Positions 41,871-56,740 of a stretch of 64,000 nucleotides of DNA are shown in pieces. The stretch spans positions 31,372,001 to 31,436,000 of the forward strand of contig OZ024744.1 of the NCBI GenBank assembly GCA_964016885.1, read 5' to 3'. This stretch comes from Eledone cirrhosa. Its lineage: Eukaryota. Positions within the stretch are counted from its first letter, which is position 1. Every line of letters begins with the position of its first letter. The notes below the pieces were generated by a model that saw only the letters and a list, made by a program, of their open reading frames with translations, searched no databases and was not told the DNA's origin. Position numbers and translations under genes: made by a program.

Positions 41871-44800
41871 TCCTATGTCATGGCCAATTGAGTCATTGGT
41901 AAACCCAGTACTATCTAATTTCCTATGTCATGACCAACTGAGACGTTGGTAAACCCAGTACTAACTAATGTCCTCTGTCATGGCCAACTGAGACATTCGT
42001 AAACCCAGTACTAACTAATGTCCTCTGTTATGGCCAACTGAGAGATTGTTAAACCCAGTACTAACTAATGTCCTATGTCATGACCAACTGAGACATTGGT
42101 AAACCCAGTACAAACTAATGTCCTATGTCATTGCCAACTGAGACATTGGTAAACCCAGTACTAACTAATGTCGTATGTCATGGCCAACTGAGACATTGGT
42201 AAACCCAGTACTAACTAATGTCCTATGTCATCGCCAACTGAGACGTTGGTAAACCCAGTACTAACTAATGTCCTATGTCATGACCAACTGAGACGTTTGT
42301 AAACCCAGTACTAACTAATGTCCTCTGTCATGGCCAACTTAGACGTAGGTAAACCCAGTACTAACTAATGTCCTCTGTCATGGCCAACTGAGACGTTGGT
42401 AGACCCAGTACTAACTAATGTCCTCTGTCATTACCAACTGAGACGTAGGTAAACCTAGTACTAACTAATGTCCTCTGTCATGGCCAACTGAGACGTAGGT
42501 AAACCCAGTACTAACTAATGTCCTATGTCATGGCCAACTGAGACGTTGGTAAACCCAGTATTAACTAATGTCCTATGTCATGACCAACTGAGACATTGGT
42601 AAACCCAGTACTAACTAATGTCCTATGTCATGGCCAACTGAGACGTTGGTAAACCCAGTACTAACTAATGTCTTATGTCATGGCCAACTGAGACATTGGT
42701 AAACCCAGTACTAACTAATGTCCTCTGTCATGGCCAACCGAGACGGTGGTAAACCCAGTACTAACTAATGTCCTATGTCATGACCACCTGAGACATTGGT
42801 AAACCCAGTACTATCTAATGTCCTCTGTCATGGCCAACTGAGAGATTGGTAAAGCCAGTACTAACTAATGTCCTATGTCATGGACAAATGAGACGTTGGT
42901 AAATCCAGTGCTAACTAATGTCCTCTGTCATGGCCAACTGAGACATTCGTATACCCAGTACTAACTAATGTCCTCTGTCATGGCCAACTGAGTCATTGGT
43001 AAACCCAGTAATAACTAATGTCCTATGTCATGGCCAACTGAGACGATGTTAAACCCAGTACTAAATAATGTCCTCTGACATAGCTGACTGAGACATTCGT
43101 AAACCCAGTACTAACTAATGTCCTCTGTCATGGCCAACTGAGAGATTGGTAAACCCAGTACTAACTAATGTCCTATGTCATGGCCAACTGAGACGTTGGT
43201 AAATCCAGTACTAACTAATGTCCTCTCTCATGGCCAACTGAGACGTTGGTAAACCCAGTATTAACTAATGTCCTATGTCGTGGCCAACTGAGACGATGGT
43301 AAACCCAGTACTAAATAATGTCCTCTGTCCTGGCCAACTGAGACATTGGTAAACCCAGTACTAACTAATGTCCTATGTCATGGCCAACTGAGACATTGGT
43401 AAACTCAGTACTATCTAATGTCCTATGTCATGGCACACTGAGACGTTGGTAAACCCAGTACTAATTAATGTCCTCTCTCATGGCCAACTGAGACGTTGGT
43501 AAACCCAGTACTAACTAATGTCCTCTTTCATAGCCAACTGAGACGTAGGTAAACCCAGTACTAACTAATGTCCTCTGTCATGGCCAACTGAGACGTTGGT
43601 AAACCCAGTACTAACTAATGTCCTCTGTCATGGCCAACTGAGACGTTGGTAAACCCAGTACTAACTAATGTCCTATGTCATGGCCAACTGAGACGTTGGT
43701 AAACCCAGTACTAACTAATGTCCTATGTCATGGCCACTTGAGTCATTGGTAAACCCAGTACTATCTAATTTCCTATGTCATGACCAACTGAGACGTTGGT
43801 AAACCCAGTACTAACTAATGTCCTCTGTCATGGCCAACTGAGACATTCGTAAACCCAGTACTACCTAATGTCCTCTGTTATGGCCAACTGAGAGATTGGT
43901 AAACCCAGTACTAACTAATGTCCTATGTCATGACCAACTGAGACATTGGTAAACCCAGTACTAACTAATGTCCTATGTCATTGCCAACTGAGACATTGGT
44001 AAACCCAGTACTAACTAATGTCGTATGTCATGGCCAACTGAGACATTGGTAAACCCAGTACTAACTAATGTCCTATGTCATCGCCAACTGAGACGTTGGT
44101 AAACCCAGTACTAACTAATGTCCTCTGTCATTACCAACTGAGACGTAGGTAAACCTAGTACTAACTAATGTCCTCTGTCATGGCCAACTGAGACGTAGGT
44201 AAACCCAGTACTAACTAATGTCCTATGTCATGGCCAACTGAGACGTTGGTAAACCCAGTATTAACTAATGTCCTATGTCATGACCAACTGAGACATTGGT
44301 AAACCCAGTACTAACTAATGTCCTATGTCATGGCCAACTGAGACGTTGGTAAACCCAGTACTAACTAATGTCTTATGACATGGCCAACTGAGACATTGGT
44401 AAACCCAGTACTAACTAATGTCCTCTGTCATGGCCAACCTAGACGGTGGTAAACCCAGTACTAACTAATGTCCTCTGTCATGGCCAACGGAGATGTTGGT
44501 AAACCCAGTACTAACTAATGTCCTATGTCATGACCACCTGAGACATTGGTAAACCCAGTACTAACTAATGTCCTATGCCATGACCAACTGAGACGTAGGT
44601 AAATCCAGTACTAATTAATGTCCTATGTCATGACCAACTGAGACATTGGTAAACCCAGTACTAACTAATGTCCTATGTCATGACCAACTGAGACGTTGGT
44701 AAACCCAGTACTAACTAACGTCCTATGTCATGGCCAACTGAGACGTTGGTAAACCCAGTACTAACTAATGTCCGCTGTCATGGCCAACTGAGACGTTGGT

Positions 44801-47249
44801 AAACACAGTACTAACTAATGTCCTATGTCATGGCCAACTGAGACGTTGGTAAACCCAGTACTAACTAATGTCCTATGTCATGACAACTGAGAGATTGGTA
44901 AACCCAGTACTAACTAATGTCATATGTCATGACCAACTGAGACATTGGTAAACCCAGTACTAACTAATGTCCTATGTCATGGCCAACTGAGACGTTGGTA
45001 AACCCAGTACTAACTAATGTCCTATGTCATGGCCAACTGAGATATTGCTAAACCCAGTATTATCTAATGTCCTATGTCATGACCAACTGAGACGTTGGTA
45101 TACTCAGTACTAACGAATGTCCTCTGTCATGGCCAACTGAGACATTGGTAAACCCAGTATAAACTAATGTCCTATGTCATGACCAACTGAGACGTTGGTA
45201 AACCCAGTACTAACTAACGTCCTATGTCATGGCCAACTGAGACTTTGGTAAACCCAGTACTAACTAATGTCCTCTGTCATGGTTAACTGAGACGTTGGTA
45301 AACACAGTACTAACTAATGTCCTATGTTATGGCCAACTGAGATGTTGGTAAACCCAGTACTAACTAATGTCCTCTGTCATGGCCAACTGAGACATTGGTA
45401 AACCCAGTACAAACGAATGTCCTCTGTCATGGCCAACTGAGACGTTGGTAAACCCAGTACTAATTAATGTCCTATGTCATGGCCAACTGAGACGTTGGTA
45501 AACCCAGTACTAACAAATATCATATATCATGACCAACTGAGACGTTGGTAAACCCAGTACTAACTAATGTCCTCTGTCATGGCCAACTGAGACATGCGTA
45601 AACCCAGTACTAACTAATGTCCTCTGTCATGGCCAACTGAGAGATTGGTAAACCCAGTACTAACTAATGTCCTATGTCATGACCAACTGAGACATTGGTA
45701 AACCCAGTACTAACTAATACCCTATGTCATGGCCAACTGAGACGTTGGTAAACCCAGTACTAACTAATGTCCTCTGTCATGGCCAACTGAGACGTTGGTA
45801 AACCCAGTATTAACTAATGTCCTTTGTCTTGGCCGACTGAGACGATGGTAAACCCAGTACTAAATAATGTCCTCTGTCATGGCCAACTGAGACATTGGTA
45901 AACCCAGTTCTAACTAATGTCCTATGTCATGGCCATCTGAGACGTTGGTATACCCAGTACTAATTAATGTCCTCTCTCATGGCCAGCTGAGACGTTGGTA
46001 AACCCAGTACTAACTAATGTTCTCTGTCATGGCCAACTGAGACGTAGGTAAACCCAGTACTAACTAATGTCCTCTGTCATGGCCAACTGAGACATTGGTA
46101 AACCCAGTACAAACTAATGTCCTCTGTCATGACCAACTGAGATATTGGTAAACCCAGTACTAACTAATGTCCTATGCCATTGCCAACTGAGACGTTGGTA
46201 AATCCAGGACTAACTAATGTCCTCTCTCATGGCCAACTGAGACGTTGGTAAACCCAGTATTAACTAATGTCCTATGTCATGGCCAACTGAGACGATGGTA
46301 AACCCAGTACTAAATAATGTCCTCTGTCATGGCCAACTGAGACATTGGTAAACCCAGTACTAACTAATGTCCTATGTCATGGCCAACTGAGACATTGGTA
46401 AACCCAGTACTATCTAATGTCCTATGTCATGGCACACTGAGACGTTGGTAAACCCAGTACTAATTAATGTCCTCTCTCATGGCCAACTGAGACGTTGGTA
46501 AACCCAGTACTAACTAATGTCCTCTTTCATAGCCAACTGAGACCTAGGTAAACCCAGTACTAACTAATGTCCTCTGTCATGGCCAACTGAGACGTTGGTA
46601 AACCCAGTACTAACTAATGTCCTCTGTCATGGCCAACTGAGACGTTGGTAAACCCAGTACTAACTAATGTCCTATGTCATGGCCAACTGAGACGTTGGTA
46701 AACCCAGTATTAACTAATGTCCTATGTCATGACCAACTGAGACATTGGTAAACCCAGTACTAACTAATGTCCTATGTCATGGCCAACTGAGACGTTGGTA
46801 AACCCAGTACTAACTAATGTCCTATGACATGACCAACTGAGACGTTGGTAAACCCAGTACTAACTAATGTCCTCTGTCATGGCCAACTGAGACATTCGTA
46901 AACCCAGTACTAACTAATGTCCTCTGTTATGGCCAACTGAGAGATTGGTAAACCCAGTACTAACTAATGTCCTATGACATGACCAACTGAGACATTGGTA
47001 AACCCAGTACTAACTAATGTCCTATGTCATTGCCAACTGAGACGTTGGTAAACCCAGTACTAACTAATGTCCTCTGTCATGGCCAACTGAGACATTGGTA
47101 AACCCAGTACTAACTAATGTCCTATGTCATAGCCAACTGAGACGTTGGTAAACCCAGTACTAACTAATGTCCTATGTCATGAACAACTGAGACATTGGTA
47201 AACCCAGTACTAACTAATGTCCTATGTCAAGGCCAACTGAGACGTTGGT

Positions 47250-50200
47250 AAACCCAGTACTAACTAATGTCCCCTGTCATGGCCAACTTAGACGTAGGTA
47301 AACCCAGTACTAACTAATGTCCTCTGTCATTACCAACTGAGACGTAGGAAAACCCAGTACTAACTCATGTCCTCTGTCATGGCCAACTGAGACGTACGTA
47401 AACCCAGTACTAACTAATGTCCTATGTCATGGCCAACTGAGACGTTGGTAAACCCAGTATTAACTAATGTCCTATGTCATGACCTACTGAGACGTTGGTA
47501 AACCCAGTATTAACTAATGTCCTATGTCATGGCCAACTGAGACGTTGGTAAACCCAGTACTAACTAATGTCCTATGTCATGGCCAACTGAGACGTTGGTA
47601 AACCCAGTATTAACTAATGTCCTATGTCATGGCCAACTGAGACATTGGTAAACCTAGTACTAACTAATGTCCTATGTCATGGCCAATTGAGACGTTGGTA
47701 AACACAGTACTAACTAATGTACTCTCTCCTGGCCAACTGAGACGTTGGTAAACCCAGTACTAACTAATGTTCTCTGTCATGGCCAACTGAGACGTAGGTA
47801 AACCCAGTACTAACTAATGTCCTATGCCATGACCAACTGAGCAGTTGGTAAACCCAGTATTAACTAATGTCCTATGTCATGGCCAACTGAGACATTGGTA
47901 AAGCCAGTACTAACTAATGTCCTATGTCATGGACAAATGAGACGTTGGTAAATCCAGTACTAACTAATGTCCTCTGTCATGGCCAACTGAGACATTCGTA
48001 AACCCAGTACTAACTAATGTCCTCTGTCATGGCCAACTGAGTCATTGGTAAACCCAGTAATAACTAATGTCCTATGTCATGGCCAACTGAGACGATGGTA
48101 AACCCAGTACTAAATAATGTCCTCTGACATAGCCGACTGAGACATTCGTAAACCCAGTACTAACTAATGTCCTCTGTCATGGCCAACTGAGAGATTGGTA
48201 AACCCAGTACTAACTAATGTCCTATGTCATGACCAACTGAGACATTGGTAAACCCAGTATTATCTAATGTCCTATGTCATGACCAACTGGGACGTTGGTG
48301 TACCCAGTACTAACGAATGTCCTCTGTCATGGCCAACTGAGACATTGGTAAACCCAGTATAAACTAATGTCCTATGTCATGACCAACTGAGACGTTGGTA
48401 AACCCAGTAGTAACTAACGCCCTATGTCATGGCCAACTGAGACGTTGGTAAACCCAGTACTAACAAATATCATATATCATGACCAACTGAGACGTTGGTA
48501 AACCCAGTACTAACTAATGTCCTCTGTCATGGTCAACTGAGATGTTGGTAAACCCAGTACTAACTAATGTCCTCTGTCATGGCCAACTGAGATATTGCTG
48601 AACCCAGTATTATCTAATGTCCTATGTCATGACCAACTGAGACGTTGGTATACCCAGTACTAACGAATGTCCTCTGTCATGGCCAACTGAGACGTTGGTA
48701 AACCCAGTACTAACTAATGTCCTCTGTCATGGCCAACTGAGACGTTGGTAAACCCAGTACTACCTAATGTCCTATGTCATGGCCAACTGAGTCGTTGGTA
48801 AACCCAGTACTATCTAATTTCCTATGTCATGACCAACTGAGACGTTGGTAAACCCAGTACTAACTAATGTCCTCTGTCATGGCCAACTGAGACATTCGTA
48901 AACCCAGTACTAACTAATGTCCTCTGTTATGGCCAACTGAGAGATTGGTAAACCCAGTACTAACTAATGTCCTATGTCATGACCAACTGAGACATTGGTA
49001 AACCCAGTACTAACTAATGTCCTATGTCATGGCCAACTGAGACGTTGGTAAACCCAGTATTAACTAATGTCCTATGTCATGACCAACTGAGACGTTGTTA
49101 AACCCAGTACTAACTAATGTCCTATGTCATGACCAACTGAGACGTAGGTAAATCCAGTACTAACTAATGTCCTATGTCATGACCAACTGAGACATTGGTA
49201 AACCCAGTACTAACTAATGTCCTATGTCATGACCAACTGAGACGTTGGTAAACCCAGTACTAACTAACGTCTTATGTCATGGCCAACTGAGACGTTGGTA
49301 AACCCAGTACTAACTAATGTCCTCTGTCATGGCCAACTGAGACGTTGGTAAACACAGTACTAACTAATGTCCTATGTCATGGCCAACTGAGATGTTGGTA
49401 AACCCAGTACTAAATAATGTCCTCTGTCATGGCCAACTGAGACGTTGGTAAACCCAGTACTAACTAATGTCCCCTGTCATGGCCAACTTAGACGTAGGTA
49501 AACCCGGTACTAACTAATGTCCTCTGTCATGGACAACTGAGACGTTGGTAAACCCAGTACTAACTAATGTCCTCTGTCATTACCAACTGAGACGTAGGTA
49601 AACCCAGTAATAACTCATGTCCTCTGTCATGGCCAACTGAGACGTACGTAAACCCAGTACTAACTAATGTCCTATGTCATGGCCAACTGAGACGTTGGTA
49701 AACCCAGTATTAACTAATGTTCTATGTCATGACCAACTGAGACGTTGGTAAACCCAGTATTAACTAATGTCCTATGTCATGGCCAACTGAGACGTTGGTA
49801 AACCCAGTACTAACTAATGTCCTATGTCATGGCCAACTGAGACGTTGGTAAACCCAGTATTAACTAATGTCCTATGTCATGGCCAACTGAGACATTGGTA
49901 AACCTAGTACTAACTAATGTCGTATGTCATGGCCAACTGAGACATTGGTGAACCCAGTACTAACTAATGTCCTATGTCATGGCCAATTGAGACGTTGGTA
50001 AACACAGTACTAACTAATGTACTCTCTCCTGGCCAACTGAGATGTTGGTAAACCCAGTACTAACTAATGTTCTCTGTCATGGCCAACTGAGACGTAGGTA
50101 AACCCAGTACTAACTAATGTCCTATGTCATGACCAACTGAGCAGTTGGTAAACCCAGTATTAACTAATGTCCTATGTCATGGCCAACTGAGACATTGGTA

Positions 50201-53200
50201 AACCCAGTACTATCTAATGTCCTCTGTCATGGCCAACTGAGAGATTGGTAAAGCCAGTACTAACTAATGTCCTATGTCATGGACAAATGAGACGTTGGTA
50301 AATCCAGTACTAACTAATGTCCTCTGTCATGGCCAACTGAGACATTCGTAAACCCAGTACTAACTAATGTCCTCTGTCATGGCCAACTGAGTCATTGGTA
50401 TACCCAGTAATAACTAATGTCCTATGTCATGGCCAACTGAGACGATGGTAAACCCAGTACTAAATAATGTCCTCTGACATAGCCGACTGAGACATTCGTA
50501 AACCCAGTACTAACTAATGTCCTCTGTCATGGCCAACTGAGAGATTGGTAAACCCAGTACTAACTAATGTCCTATGTCATGACCAACTGAGACATTGGTA
50601 AACCCAGTATTATCTAATGTCCTATGTCATGACCAACTGGGACGTTGGTGTACCCAGTACTAACGAATGTCCTCTGTCATGGCCAACTGAGACATTGGTA
50701 AACCCAGTATAAACTAATGTCCTATGTCATGACCAACTGGGACGTTGGTGTACCCAGTACTAACGAATGTCCTCTGTCATGGCCAACTGAGACATTGGTA
50801 AACCCAGTATAAACTAATGTCCTATGTCATGACCAACTGAGACGTTGGTAAACCCAGTAGTAACTAACGCCCTATGTCATGGCCAACTGAGACGTTGGTA
50901 AACCCAGTACTAACAAATATCATATATCATGACCAACTGAGACGTTGGTAAACCCAGTACTAACTAATGTCCTCTGTCATGGTCAACTGAGATGTTGGTA
51001 AACCCAGTACTAACTAATGTCCTCTGTCATGGCCAACTGAGATATTGCTGAACCCAGTATTATCTAATGTCCTATGTCATGACCAACTGAGACGTTGGTA
51101 TACCCAGTACTATCTAATTTCCTATGTCATGGCCAACTGAGACGTTGGTAAACCCAGTACTAACTAATGTCCTCTGTCATGGCCAACTGAGACATTCGTA
51201 AACCCAGTACTAACTAATGTCCTCTGTTATGGCCAACTGAGAGATTGGTAAACCCAGTACTAACTAATGTCCTATGTCATGACCAACTGAGACATTGGTA
51301 AACCCAGTACTAACTAATGTCCTATGTCATGGCCAACTGAGACGTTGGTAAACCCAGTATTAACTAATGTCCTATGTCATGACCAACTGAGACGTTGTTA
51401 AACCCAGTACTAACTAATGTCCTATGTCATGACCAACTGAGACGTAGGTAAATCCAGTACTAACTAATGTCCTATGTCATGACCAACTGAGACATTGGTA
51501 AACCCAGTACTAACTAATGTCCTATGTCATGACCAACTGAGACGTTGGTAAACCCAGTACTAACTAACGTCTTATGTCATGGCCAACTGAGACGTTGGTA
51601 AACCCAGTACTAACTAATGTCCTCTGTCATGGCCAACTGAGACGTTGGTAAACACAGTACTAACTAATGTCCTATGTCATGGCCAACTGAGATGTTGGTA
51701 AACCCAGTACTAAATAATGTCCTCTGTCATGGCCAACTGAGACGTTGGTAAACCCAGTACTAACTAATGTCCCCTGTCATGGCCAACTTAGACGTAGGTA
51801 AACCCGGTACTAACTAATGTCCTCTGTCATGGACAACTGAGACGTTGGTAAACCCAGTACTAACTAATGTCCTCTGTCATTACCAACTGAGACGTAGGTA
51901 AACCCAGTAATAACTCATGTCCTCTGTCATGGCCAACTGAGACGTACGTAAACCCAGTACTAACTAATGTCCTATGTCATGGCCAACTGAGACGTTGGTA
52001 AACCCAGTATTAACTAATGTTCTATGTCATGACCAACTGAGACGTTGGTAAACCCAGTATTAACTAATGTCCTATGTCATGGCCAACTGAGACGTTGGTA
52101 AACCCAGTACTAACTAATGTCCTATGTCATGGCCAACTGAGACGTTGGTAAACCCAGTATTAACTAATGTCCTATGTCATGGCCAACTGAGACATTGGTA
52201 AACCTAGTACTAACTAATGTCGTATGTCATGGCCAACTGAGACATTGGTGAACCCAGTACTAACTAATGTCCTATGTCATGGCCAATTGAGACGTTGGTA
52301 AACACAGTACTAACTAATGTACTCTCTCCTGGCCAACTGAGATGTTGGTAAACCCAGTACTAACTAATGTTCTCTGTCATGGCCAACTGAGACGTAGGTA
52401 AACCCAGTACTAACTAATGTCCTATGTCATGACCAACTGAGCAGTTGGTAAACCCAGTATTAACTAATGTCCTATGTCATGGCCAACTGAGACATTGGTA
52501 AACCCAGTACTATCTAATGTCCTCTGTCATGGCCAACTGAGAGATTGGTAAAGCCAGTACTAACTAATGTCCTATGTCATGGACAAATGAGACGTTGGTA
52601 AATCCAGTACTAACTAATGTCCTCTGTCATGGCCAACTGAGACATTCGTAAACCCAGTACTAACTAATGTCCTCTGTCATGGCCAACTGAGTCATTGGTA
52701 TACCCAGTAATAACTAATGTCCTATGTCATGGCCAACTGAGACGATGGTAAACCCAGTACTAAATAATGTCCTCTGACATAGCCGACTGAGACATTCGTA
52801 AACCCAGTACTAACTAATGTCCTCTGTCATGGCCAACTGAGAGATTGGTAAACCCAGTACTAACTAATGTCCTATGTCATGACCAACTGAGACATTGGTA
52901 AACCCAGTATTATCTAATGTCCTATGTCATGACCAACTGGGACGTTGGTGTACCCAGTACTAACGAATGTCCTCTGTCATGGCCAACTGAGACATTGGTA
53001 AACCCAGTATAAACTAATGTCCTATGTCATGACCAACTGAGACGTTGGTAAACCCAGTACTAACTAACGCCCTATGTCATGGCCAACTGAGACGTTGGTA
53101 AACCCAGTACTAACAAATATCATATATCATGACCAACTGAGACGTTGGTAAACCCAGTACTAACTAATGTCCTCTGTCATGGTCAACTGAGATGTTGGTA

Positions 53201-53330
53201 AACCCACTACTAACTAATGTCCTCTGTCATGGCCAACTGAGATATTGCTGAACCCAGTATTATCTAATGTCCTATGTCATGACCAACTGAGACGTTGGTA
53301 TACCCAGTACTAACGAATGTCCTCTGTCAT
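47250..53330. repeat. Imperfect higher-order repeat, ~2300 bp (46 monomers), about 2.5 copies
   Basis: GCAGTTGG at 47841, 50141, 52441; GACGTTGTTA 49091/51391. Internal monomer gains and losses shift other markers (AAATATC 48465, 50915, 53115). Confidence 0.85.
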
Positions 53331-53339
53331 GGCCAACTG

Positions 53340-56300
53340 AGACGTTGGTAAACCCAGTACTAACTAATGTCCTCTGTCATGGCCAACTGAGACGTTGGTA
53401 AACCCAGTACTAACTAATGTCCTATGTCATGGCGAACTGAGACATTGGTAAACCCAGTACTAACTAATGTCCTATGTCATGGCCAAATGAGACGTTGGTA
53501 AACCCAGTACTAACTAATGTCCTCTGTCATGGCCAACTGAGACATTGGTAAACCCAGTACTAACTAATGTCCTACGTCATGACCAACGTGAGACATTGGT
53601 AAACCCAGTACTAACTAATGTCCTATGTCATGGCCAACTGAGACGTTGGTAAATCCAGTACTAACTAATGTCCTCTCTCATGGCCAACTGAGACGTAGGT
53701 AAACCCAGTACTAACTAATGTCCTCTGTCATGGCCAACTGAGACGTTAGTAAACCCAGTATTAGCTAATGTCCTATGTCATGGCCAACTGAAACGTTGGT
53801 AAACCGAGTACTAACTAATGTCCTCTGTCATGGCCAACTGAGATGTTGGTAAACCCAGTACTAACTAATGTCCTCTGTCATGGCCAACTGAGACATTGGT
53901 AAACCCAGTACAAACTAATGTCCTCTGTCATGGCCAACTGAGACGTTGGTAAACCCAGTACTAAATAATGTCCTATGTCATGGCCAACTGAGACGTTGGT
54001 AAACCCAGTACTAACAAATATCATATATCATGACCAACTGAGACGTTGGTAAACCCAGTACTAACTAATGTCCTCTGTCATGGCCAACTGAGACATTCGT
54101 AAACCCAGTACTAACTAATGTACTCTGTCATGGCCAACTGAGAGATTGGTAAACCCAGTACTAACTAATGTCCTATGTCATGACCAACTGAGACATTGGT
54201 AAACCCAGTACGAACTAATGTCCTATGTCATGGCCAACTGAGACGTTGGTAAACACAGTACTAACTAATGTCCTCTGTCATGGCCAACGGAGACGTTGGT
54301 AAACCCAGTATTAACTAATGTCCTATGTCTTGGCCAACTGAGACGATGGTAAACCCAGTACTAAATAATGTCCTCTGTCATGGCCAACTGAGACATTGGT
54401 AAACCCAGTTCTAACTAATGTCCTATGTCATGGCCAACTGAGACGTTGGTAAACCCAGTACTAATTAATGTCCTCTCTCATGGCCAACTGAGACGTTGGT
54501 AAACCCAGTACTAACTAATGTCCTCTGTCATAGCCAACTGAGACGTAGGTAAACCCAGCACTAACTAATGTCCTCTGTCATGGCCAACTGAGACGTTGTT
54601 AAACCCAGTACTAACAAATGTCCTATGTCATGGCGAACTGAGATATTGCTAAACCCAGTGTTATCTAATGTCCTATGTCATGACCAACTGAGACGTTGGT
54701 ATACCCAGTACTAACGAATGTCCTCTGTCATGGCCAACTGAGACATTGGTAAACCCAGTATAAACTAATGACCTATGTTATGGCCAACTGAGACTTTAGT
54801 AAACCCAGTACTAACTAATGTCCTATGTCATGACCAACTGAGACATTGGTAAACCCAGTACTAACTAATGTCCTATGTCATGGCCAACTGAGACGTTGGT
54901 AAATCCAGTACTAACTAATGTCCTCTCTCATGACCAACTGAGACGTTGGTAAACCAAGTACTAACTAATGTTCTCTGTCATGGCCAACTGAGACGTAGGT
55001 AAACCCAGTACTAACTAATGTCCTCTGTCATGGCCAACTGAGACGTTGGTAAACCCAGTACTAACTAATGTCCTCTGTCATGGCCAACTGAGACGTTGGT
55101 AAACCCAGTACTAACTAATGTCCTATGTCATGGCGAACTGAGACATTGGTAAACCCAGTACTAACTAATGTCCTATGTCATGGCCAAATGAGACGTTGGT
55201 AAACCCAGTACTAACTAATGTCCTCTGTCATGGCCAACTGAGACATTGGTAAACCCAGTACTAACTAATGTCCTACGTCATGACCAACGTGAGACATTGG
55301 TAAACCCAGTACTAACTAATGTCCTATGTCATGGCCAACTGAGACGTTGGTAAATCCAGTACTAACTAATGTCCTCTCTCATGGCCAACTGAGACGTAGG
55401 TAAACCCAGTACTAACTAATGTCCTCTGTCATGGCCAACTGAGACGTTAGTAAACCCAGTATTAGCTAATGTCCTATGTCATGGCCAACTGAAACGTTGG
55501 TAAACCGAGTACTAACTAATGTCCTCTGTCATGGCCAACTGAGATGTTGGTAAACCCAGTACTAACTAATGTCCTCTGTCATGGCCAACTGAGACATTGG
55601 TAAACCCAGTACAAACTAATGTCCTCTGTCATGGCCAACTGAGACGTTGGTAAACCCAGTACTAAATAATGTCCTATGTCATGGCCAACTGAGACGTTGG
55701 TAAACCCAGTACTAACAAATATCATATATCATGACCAACTGAGACGTTGGTAAACCCAGTACTAACTAATGTCCTCTGTCATGGCCAACTGAGACATTCG
55801 TAAACCCAGTACTAACTAATGTACTCTGTCATGGCCAACTGAGAGATTGGTAAACCCAGTACTAACTAATGTCCTATGTCATGACCAACTGAGACATTGG
55901 TAAACCCAGTACGAACTAATGTCCTATGTCATGGCCAACTGAGACGTTGGTAAACACAGTACTAACTAATGTCCTCTGTCATGGCCAACGGAGACGTTGG
56001 TAAACCCAGTATTAACTAATGTCCTATGTCTTGGCCAACTGAGACGATGGTAAACCCAGTACTAAATAATGTCCTCTGTCATGGCCAACTGAGACATTGG
56101 TAAACCCAGTTCTAACTAATGTCCTATGTCATGGCCAACTGAGACGTTGGTAAACCCAGTACTAATTAATGTCCTCTCTCATGGCCAACTGAGACGTTGG
56201 TAAACCCAGTACTAACTAATGTCCTCTGTCATAGCCAACTGAGACGTAGGTAAACCCAGCACTAACTAATGTCCTCTGTCATGGCCAACTGAGACGTTGT

Positions 56301-56740
56301 TAAACCCAGTACTAACAAATGTCCTATGTCATGGCGAACTGAGATATTGCTAAACCCAGTGTTATCTAATGTCCTATGTCATGACCAACTGAGACGTTGG
56401 TATACCCAGTACTAACGAATGTCCTCTGTCATGGCCAACTGAGACATTGGTAAACCCAGTATAAACTAATGACCTATGTTATGGCCAACTGAGACTTTAG
56501 TAAACCCAGTACTAACTAATGTCCTATGTCATGACCAACTGAGACATTGGTAAACCCAGTACTAACTAATGTCCTATGTCATGGCCAACTGAGACGTTGG
56601 TAAATCCAGTACTAACTAATGTCCTCTCTCATGACCAACTGAGACGTTGGTAAACCAAGTACTAACTAATGTTCTCTGTCATGGCCAACTGAGACGTAGG
56701 TAAACCCAGTACTAACTAATGTCCTCTGTCATGGCCAACT
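53340..56740. repeat. Near-identical tandem duplication, period 1701 bp (34 monomers + 1 bp)
   Basis: GGCGAACTG 53431/55132; insertion CCAACGTGAG 53583/55284; AAATATC 54016/55717; AAACCAAG 54951/56652. Confidence 0.92.
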
